From the NCBI GenBank assembly GCA_964342815.1, contig CAYFHS010000040.1, positions 1-11,606 of the forward strand: a DNA stretch of 11,606 bases, written 5' to 3'. The notes below the pieces were generated by a model. That model worked only from the letters and a program-made list of their open reading frames with translations, was not told the origin of the DNA and did not search any database. Below are positions 5,590 through 11,606 of the stretch, one piece after another. Each line of letters opens with the position of its first letter. Within the stretch, counting starts at the first letter, position 1. This stretch comes from an uncultured archaeon (GTDB taxonomy: Archaea > Thermoplasmatota > Penumbrarchaeia > JASLWR01). Both the position numbers and the translations under genes were made by a program.

Positions 5590-7542
5590 ATGATGGAACA
5601 ACCGCTTTGGGCCCCGAGTGATGAGAGAATCGCACGGGCCAATATGACGCGTTTTATAAATTTTATCAGGGATTCCGGCCTTAATATACAAAACTATGAT
5701 GATCTCTACCAGTGGTCTGTTGACGACCGCCCTGGTTTCTGGGCCGCTCTATGGGACTTTTGTGAGATTAAGGCATCCCGCAGATATGATAAAATACTGG
5801 AGAATCCTGATGAGATGTTGGCATCGAAATGGTTTCCAGGAGCTAGATTGAACTATGCCGAGAATCTATTGCGTTTCCGAGACGACCGCAAAGCACTGAT
5901 TTTCAACGGTGAAGGTCGTACGGTAAAAGACATTAGTTATGGAGAGCTCTATGATGCTGTTGCCCGTCTGGCAAAAGCCTTGAGGGAATTCGGAATTGAA
6001 AAAGGTGATCGCATCGCCGGTTTCGTTCCGAATATGATAGAACCGGTGGTAGCAATGCTGGCAGCAGCCAGTATCGGAGCGATATGGTCGTCCTGTTCAC
6101 CGGATTTCGGTATTAAGGGAGTTCTGGACCGTTTCGGCCAGATCGAACCTCGTATTCTGTTTACCGCTGACGGGTATTTCTATAATGGGAAACCCTTCGA
6201 TTCTCTTGACCGTATTAATGGTATCCTTGAACATCTTCCATCAATAGAAAAGATAATCATAATCCCCTACCTGAAGGATAAACCGGATATTTCCTCCGTA
6301 TCTGATTCCATTCTATTCCATGATTTCCTATCAAATGAAAATGATCTCGAGATCGAATTCGCTCAACTCCCATTTGACCATCCACTTTATATTCTATATT
6401 CGTCCGGGACTACTGGGATTCCCAAATGCATGGTTCACGGAGCTGGGGGAACGCTGCTGCAGCATCTCAAGGAACTGGTACTCCACACCGACCTAAATTG
6501 TGAGGATAATATCTTTTACTTCAGTACATGCGGGTGGATGATGTGGAACTGGTTGGTCAGCTCTCTAGCGGTGGGAGCCACGGTTTTACTATTCGACGGC
6601 TCTCCGTTCTACCCGGACCCTGGAGTACTTTTCCGCTACGCGGAAGATGCTAAAATGACCGTGTTCGGTACAAGCGCAAAATATCTATCTGCTTTGGAAA
6701 AGACAGGGCTTAAACCAAACGAGAAATACGATCTAAGTTCTTTAAAATCAGTCCTTTCCACCGGATCACCCCTGTCGGTTGAAAGTTTCAAGTTCGTATA
6801 CAGGGATATAGAAAATGATCTCTGCCTGTCATCTATTTCCGGAGGTACGGATATGATTTCTTGTTTCGCCTTGGGAAATCCCATAGCCCCGGTATGGGCG
6901 GGAGAACTGCAAACAAGAGGGCTTGGTATGGATGTGGATGTGTTCGACGAATCGGGAAATTCAATAAGGAACAAGCAAGGCGAACTTGTATGTAAATCGT
7001 CGTTTCCCTCTCAACCCATTTACTTCTGGAACGATCCGGACGGAAATAAGTATAAAAATGCCTATTTCGAGGTATATGATAACGTGTGGCGGCACGGAGA
7101 TTACGTTGAGCTCACCGACCATAATGGGATGATAATATCAGGAAGGTCCGATGCCACATTAAATCCTGCAGGAGTAAGGATCGGGACTGCGGAGATATAC
7201 CGACAGGTGGAAGCAATGGATGAAATAATGGACAGCATTGCCACCGGGCAAAACTGGGAGGATGACGTGAGGGTCATCTTGTTCATAAAACTTAAAGAAG
7301 GTGTAAATCTAACTGAGGAGTTGGTAAAGAAGATCAAAACAACCATAAGAACAAACTGTACACCGAGGCACGTCCCAGCAAAGATCATACCCATCGTTGA
7401 CATACCATACACCATCAGCGGTAAAAAGGTCGAATTGGCCGTGAAGAAAATGATCGAGAATCGGCCGATATTGAACAGGGACGCTCTTAAAAACCCGGAA
7501 GCATTAGAGTTGTATAAGGAGATTCCGGAACTCAGGGAATGA
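5590..7542 (+). CDS. Acetoacetate-CoA ligase (acetoacetyl-CoA synthetase, ANL/AMP-forming family), about 650 aa
   Basis: PLW-P start, WFPGARLNYAENLL, GAIWSSCSPDFG, YILYSSGTTGIPKCMVHG, CGWMMWNWL, SISGGTD, WRHGD, GRSDATLNPAGVRIGTAEIY and SGKKVE are the acetoacetyl-CoA synthetase subfamily pattern. GTG 5581 lies within the ribosome site, so ATG 5590 or 5593 is preferred. Confidence 0.9.
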   Translation: MMEQPLWAPSDERIARANMTRFINFIRDSGLNIQNYDDLYQWSVDDRPGFWAALWDFCEIKASRRYDKILENPDEMLASKWFPGARLNYAENLLRFRDDRKALIFNGEGRTVKDISYGELYDAVARLAKALREFGIEKGDRIAGFVPNMIEPVVAMLAAASIGAIWSSCSPDFGIKGVLDRFGQIEPRILFTADGYFYNGKPFDSLDRINGILEHLPSIEKIIIIPYLKDKPDISSVSDSILFHDFLSNENDLEIEFAQLPFDHPLYILYSSGTTGIPKCMVHGAGGTLLQHLKELVLHTDLNCEDNIFYFSTCGWMMWNWLVSSLAVGATVLLFDGSPFYPDPGVLFRYAEDAKMTVFGTSAKYLSALEKTGLKPNEKYDLSSLKSVLSTGSPLSVESFKFVYRDIENDLCLSSISGGTDMISCFALGNPIAPVWAGELQTRGLGMDVDVFDESGNSIRNKQGELVCKSSFPSQPIYFWNDPDGNKYKNAYFEVYDNVWRHGDYVELTDHNGMIISGRSDATLNPAGVRIGTAEIYRQVEAMDEIMDSIATGQNWEDDVRVILFIKLKEGVNLTEELVKKIKTTIRTNCTPRHVPAKIIPIVDIPYTISGKKVELAVKKMIENRPILNRDALKNPEALELYKEIPELRE

Positions 7543-7579
7543 GACATCCCTTAACTGTTAATATGTTGGGCCAAAAGTC

Positions 7580-8965
7580 TCAGCTAAAAAAATCCAGTGT
7601 GCAATTAATGAACATCAGGTTTGCAAATACAGCAGCACCGATCAATAGAGAAATAAAACCCAGGCCCTCTATGAAGTGTAAAAGAGCAATAAGAATTAGA
7701 AGCAGGCTGATAACGGTCCAATCCAGAAGCTTATACTCTCTCTTCTTCACCTTTTCCGAGTCCCTGACATCACATCCGGTTCTTTTTAGTGATATTTCAT
7801 CAATAAAATAGATCGGAATTGACAGTCTGTAGAAAGTGACCATCAAAATACCAAAGATCATGGATTCTGATATTACATACAGACCAAATTTCATCAATGC
7901 ATAGGCGATGAGCAACCCGGCCATGGATTGAAATATCCCCCAATGTCGATTTGATGTCAATAAATTCATCACCGAATTTTTATTTCGCTCAGAGACTTTC
8001 CGGGATTTACCCTTCCAACGCACAAACCGTCCCCATAGCATGGTGATACCGATTCCCAATATGACATAGAAAAAGATAGAGATTAATAAAAAAAACATGT
8101 TTCGTAACCTGATCAATTGGACGAAGAAACTGGAAGAAAATACAATTAACATCAGAATATAGAAAAAATTGAACATCTTCAGATCAATATACTCGCCCTT
8201 CTCAAATATCTTAAGGTAAGACCAAAGATTGATCCCAAGGAACATAATAATAAAAACGCTAAGCAGATACATTGAATGCTCGTCATGCACTCCAAAGGGA
8301 TTATCTATCACTTCCGCTCTCCCCTGAATCCACTCGTATCTTACTGGTTTCATACGTTCCTGGTCCACTTTCAAGTTGTGGTCACCCATGGTAATGTACC
8401 CTGAACCGTACTCAAGCTCCGAAATGCTGTTGTAAGTAAGTTTGGACTCGAACAGAAATGGCTGGATGAGTTTCTCTACCTCGAGCTCGTAAGAGTTAGA
8501 CACGGAAAATATGTATATTGAATTAGCCCCGTAAATCCCGATTTCCGGTACATCGATCTTGACCGAATCAATATCATTGACCTTGGCTTGGGTGAGGTTG
8601 AATTCAATATAGATAAGCACCCGATGGCAAATCCTTATGGAGTCTTTCCCATTTGGTTCAAAAACAATAACATCCCCCCAGAATCCACACGACTTCCTTC
8701 CTTGCTTCATCCCTTCTCTTACAGTAACAATGCTCTCTTTGCTTTCATATGGTGTCACAAAGAGACTGTCCCCTTGATCTATAACACCGAATCTAGCACC
8801 ACCATGGGTCATAGATAAACCTCTGACAGGTGCCACGTGTTCATCATCGGTTACCTCGAAGTAGACCAGACACCCGAGACAGAGGTTTAATATAAGCATA
8901 AGACAAACGAATTTGAGAATCTTTCGATCATTAACGGAATTCCCTTGTTCCATTATGCATCCCAT
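7580..8965 (-). CDS. S26 (Sec11-like, Ser-His) signal peptidase domain fused to a C-terminal domain of about 7 membrane segments
   Basis: N-terminal hydrophobic helix, GLSM (Ser51), IDQGD, GDVIVF, ICHRV (His114), GYITMGDHN, DQ and PVRYEWIQG, then about seven hydrophobic segments after residue 230. The start may be ATG 8953. Confidence 0.75.
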   Translation of the reverse strand: MGCIMEQGNSVNDRKILKFVCLMLILNLCLGCLVYFEVTDDEHVAPVRGLSMTHGGARFGVIDQGDSLFVTPYESKESIVTVREGMKQGRKSCGFWGDVIVFEPNGKDSIRICHRVLIYIEFNLTQAKVNDIDSVKIDVPEIGIYGANSIYIFSVSNSYELEVEKLIQPFLFESKLTYNSISELEYGSGYITMGDHNLKVDQERMKPVRYEWIQGRAEVIDNPFGVHDEHSMYLLSVFIIMFLGINLWSYLKIFEKGEYIDLKMFNFFYILMLIVFSSSFFVQLIRLRNMFFLLISIFFYVILGIGITMLWGRFVRWKGKSRKVSERNKNSVMNLLTSNRHWGIFQSMAGLLIAYALMKFGLYVISESMIFGILMVTFYRLSIPIYFIDEISLKRTGCDVRDSEKVKKREYKLLDWTVISLLLILIALLHFIEGLGFISLLIGAAVFANLMFINCTLDFFS

Positions 8966-9091
8966 GTATTGTAAGCTATTGAATCATTTTCTGTTTACCA
9001 GATATTAATACTAGAGAACCTATGCTATTTAGTCTTTTTCCATCATTGTAGTTTTGAGGTATGAATTTATACTCATGGCCTAGGAGATGAC

Positions 9092-9106
9092 AAGGCTTAT
9101 ATAAAA
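9092..9106 (+). promoter_or_regulatory. Candidate TATA box
   Basis: AAGGC followed by TTATATAA (9097-9104), upstream of the 9168 gene. Confidence 0.4.
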
Positions 9107-9167
9107 ATAGAAATATAATGAAAAGGATTACACAGCTATCCGAAAAAAGGTGTTCCCCGGAGATACC

Positions 9168-10448
9168 ATGTACCTTCAGATATTATCAATCGTTCTTTTC
9201 GCTTCGAAAGGTGGTACTAAATCAAAGAAAATAGGGCGGGAGAAAGGTTTAGGGAGCCACGAAGATGCAGCTACGGATGAGATCGATAGCAATGATCCTT
9301 TCTCTTTTTCCTTTCTTGATGAATATCCTTCGATAATTGAGGATTATGCCAAAAATAAACCGGGTGAAGAAGACGGTGAGAATACAGAGTCCATGAGCGA
9401 TACGCAGGATAATATGGATGACATGATTTTGGTGGAAATGAAACAGCTATATGGAGATCTCGAGAACCTGCTTACCAAATCCCTTCATAAATCCGAAATA
9501 AAGGATGATGTTCACGTCCATGAAGAAGGTGTCATTGGATTGCCTGTTACCCCGGAAAAAGAGATCGAAACATCTCCTGGAGTAATTAATCTCCAGGTTA
9601 CTCCTCCAAAAAACCTTGAGGATATGGGGGAAAAGACAATCGAACTGCCCTCAAAATCGGTCCCTACCACCCCGGTTGCGGATATTCAGAAGGTAATCGA
9701 ACTTCCCACTAAACCCCAAGCGGAAGATCCGGAACCAAAAAGTGTAATACCTCTCTCCCAGCCTAAGGACGGGATATCCGAGGCCACGGAAATTCAGATA
9801 CTGGCGGATATTGGAAAAAGAATATCGGAGGAAGAATCAATATCTGACATGATGTCCAAAAGAGGTTTGTTGAAAAGGCCATTTAATGAAAAGTCATCTA
9901 GTCCCACGGCAGCCATAGCGGAAAATGAATTGAAAAGACTCCAGGAATTGCAGAGGAAACAGCGGGAAGCCATAAAAAAACGGTTGCAGGAGAGAAAGAA
10001 AGGTGACGTTTCCTGGAACCAACTGGTGGAAGTGAAGAAAAAAAGGCTGGAAAACCTTAATGAACTAAAGAAAAAACGTAAAAAAAGGCGCAGTCGGTTT
10101 CGTAAGGAAAAGCTACATAAATTAAAGGAACGCGAACGGGAAAAAATGAAGAAATTAAAGGATAATGGTGTCCGGGAAACCAGAACCACTGGTTTCGCTA
10201 AAAGGGAGTTTACAGAAGTAAGATCACCCTCTGAAATCACTAGACACGAGGAGGACAACACCTTTACGTCTGAGTACGTTCAGCCTTCATGGAAAAAAAT
10301 GGCAGTACCTCCAAAAGAAACAATAAGATCGGCACCAGTAGTTCCCGGAGTGACCTTTGCCGCTATAAAACGATGCCCCGATTGCGGGGGATTTATTAAT
10401 CTTAGTGTGTCCAATAAATGCTATTCATGCGGAAAAACTTTCCCATAG
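9168..10448 (+). CDS. Hypothetical low-complexity protein with a C-terminal zinc ribbon, about 426 aa
   Basis: Long ORF with an acidic N-terminal part, Pro-containing repeats, a K/R-rich helical block and CPDC-x11-CYSC at 10374-10430. ATG 9168 follows GGAGA; GTG 9150 is an alternative start. Confidence 0.75.
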   Translation: MYLQILSIVLFASKGGTKSKKIGREKGLGSHEDAATDEIDSNDPFSFSFLDEYPSIIEDYAKNKPGEEDGENTESMSDTQDNMDDMILVEMKQLYGDLENLLTKSLHKSEIKDDVHVHEEGVIGLPVTPEKEIETSPGVINLQVTPPKNLEDMGEKTIELPSKSVPTTPVADIQKVIELPTKPQAEDPEPKSVIPLSQPKDGISEATEIQILADIGKRISEEESISDMMSKRGLLKRPFNEKSSSPTAAIAENELKRLQELQRKQREAIKKRLQERKKGDVSWNQLVEVKKKRLENLNELKKKRKKRRSRFRKEKLHKLKEREREKMKKLKDNGVRETRTTGFAKREFTEVRSPSEITRHEEDNTFTSEYVQPSWKKMAVPPKETIRSAPVVPGVTFAAIKRCPDCGGFINLSVSNKCYSCGKTFP

Positions 10449-10459
10449 ATTTCTTATTT

Positions 10460-11335
10460 TCAATACTCACCCTGGAACCGCTGTTCCAAAACATTGAAAA
10501 ATTCTTTTACAGCTTCTGCGCGCTTACCTGAAAGCTGGACATGGTGTCTGGGATTGTCGTGCTTTGCACAACCTTTTGCCCATCTTTCTTTGACATCATC
10601 CTTTGCCTGTCCAACTAGTGCCGCAAGACCCAGCTCCCGATCCCTGATCCTTTCCAATGCTTCCATATCTCCCCACGAATCCGCTATGAAATGTATGGGA
10701 TAATACCCGTATGACAGTGCCATTTCGATACCATTGGCTTTTGTAAATCCCCTGGGTATCAGGTCCACAGCTTCCGTCGAAGTTGTTATTGTAAGACGAT
10801 CAATCCATTCTGGGTGGTTTAACTTAAAGTCTTCTTTGAGGCCGTCTATGGTCTCATCAAGTTCGTAACGTGGAATAATGGTCACCATAACCTCAGAGCC
10901 GGGAAATAGAGCATAATGCTTTTTCATTTCATGCCGCAGCTCTTCGAGCATTTCCCTTTGTTCCCTTGTCCCGCCAATTTTTTTTTCACCGTCAATGAGT
11001 TGGACCAATCCCATTTCGCAGAAAAAATGACCGGTGGAAAGCCAGTGTTCCAACCGTGAATCCGTAGCCTTAAACGCCCCAGCGACCCTATAAATCTCGC
11101 AACCGGTGAGTAAACCGCAACGATGAAGCTCAACAAAGGAAGAAATTAGATCGGCCACACCATCATAGAGATATCCAACCCCGTTCTCACGCCACGAATC
11201 AGGTTTTAGGAGAGTCCCATCCATGTCGAAAAGCACTAGGGGGCCTCTGGTTTCTAGGTTTTCCCCCTGCTTTGAAAAGCCGAGTCTGTTTGACTTGGAA
11301 TTACCCTTAATTGTTAAGTTCCCAGAATCGTACAT
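10460..11335 (-). CDS. HAD-superfamily hydrolase, probably a C2-cap (Cof/SPP-like) phosphatase
   Basis: Motif I LFDMDGTLL, motif II LLTG, motif III DLIPRGFTKANG (Lys after the cap) and motif IV IADSWGD. Substrate unknown. Confidence 0.8.
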   Translation of the reverse strand: MYDSGNLTIKGNSKSNRLGFSKQGENLETRGPLVLFDMDGTLLKPDSWRENGVGYLYDGVADLISSFVELHRCGLLTGCEIYRVAGAFKATDSRLEHWLSTGHFFCEMGLVQLIDGEKKIGGTREQREMLEELRHEMKKHYALFPGSEVMVTIIPRYELDETIDGLKEDFKLNHPEWIDRLTITTSTEAVDLIPRGFTKANGIEMALSYGYYPIHFIADSWGDMEALERIRDRELGLAALVGQAKDDVKERWAKGCAKHDNPRHHVQLSGKRAEAVKEFFNVLEQRFQGEY

Positions 11336-11389
11336 TACTAATCACATTCCATTTATGATCGCGCTGATTTCGACTACATATTCATAACA

Positions 11390-11605
11390 CTATATCCATT
11401 CATCCTCCAAATAGTCATCATCTTCATAATAGCCATTGTCATCGTCTTCATAATAGTCATCGTCATCGTCTTCATAATAGTCATCGTCATCGTCTTCATA
11501 ATAGTCATCGTCATCGTCTTCATAATAGTCATCGTCTTCATAATAGCTATTGTCATCGTCTTTATAATAGTCATCGTCATCGTCTTCATAATAGTCATCG
11601 TCATC
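11390..11605 (-). CDS. C-terminal 71 aa of an Asp/Tyr-repeat protein (5' part outside the window)
   Basis: Manual translation: DDDDYYEDDDDDYYKDDDNSYYEDDDYYEDDDDDYYEDDDDDYYEDDDDDYYEDDDNGYYEDDDYLEDEWI, then TAG at 11392-11390. The acidic pattern continues past the point where the DNA repeat decays. Confidence 0.7.
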   Translation of the reverse strand, partial: DDDDYYEDDDDDYYKDDDNSYYEDDDYYEDDDDDYYEDDDDDYYEDDDDDYYEDDDNGYYEDDDYLEDEWI

Positions 11606-11606
11606 G
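11405..11606 (-). repeat. Coding tandem repeat, 24-nt unit GACGATGACGATGACTATTATGAA with 18-nt variants, at least 9 units
   Basis: Directly visible. Variant units encode DDDNSYYE, DDDNGYYE, DDDYYE, DDDDDYYK and DDDYLE. Truncated by the window end. Confidence 0.95.

Noticed and set aside
6071-6085. GTATCG-GAG-CGATAT as a partner of the 3658-3717 dyad
   Set aside because: The spacer is 3 nt rather than 4, there are no outer boxes, and it lies in a conserved coding stretch (ASIGAIW).
9531-9767. ESCRT MIM2-like motifs
   Set aside because: The repeats lack the hydrophobic-P-x-hydrophobic-P spacing, and no ESCRT genes are in view.
11374-11604. Listed 76-aa MTMTIMKT-repeat ORF
   Set aside because: Alternative frame of the repeat. 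The Asp/Tyr frame keeps its composition after the DNA repeat decays (YLEDEWI). Frame choice stays an inference until the upstream sequence is seen.

Overview
Archaeal-looking chromosomal window. Thermoplasmatota-like is an inference from the DGGGPL reductase + ferredoxin pair, a Ser-His S26 peptidase, BRE/TATA promoters and GGTGA/GGAG ribosome sites. Left to right: a small membrane ORF; a minus-strand ferredoxin + geranylgeranyl reductase operon; a plus-strand accessory trio (tandem ribbon-helix-helix protein, divergent diadenylate-cyclase-fold protein, short serine recombinase); ~1 kb of non-coding DNA rich in hairpins and palindromes; acetoacetate-CoA ligase; an S26 signal peptidase fused to a polytopic membrane domain; a low-complexity protein with a C-terminal zinc ribbon; a HAD hydrolase; and the 3' end of an Asp/Tyr tandem-repeat protein that the ORF track calls in the wrong frame. 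The best candidate for an undescribed system is the trio at 1956-4516. Its DAC-fold protein ends in a canonical PCNA-binding PIP box (QTHLDKFF), its recombinase ends in a clamp-motif-like QQTLF, and a 60-bp dyad covers the recombinase leader. All assignments rest on motif recognition only; no database searches were run. No rRNA, tRNA or CRISPR array was seen.
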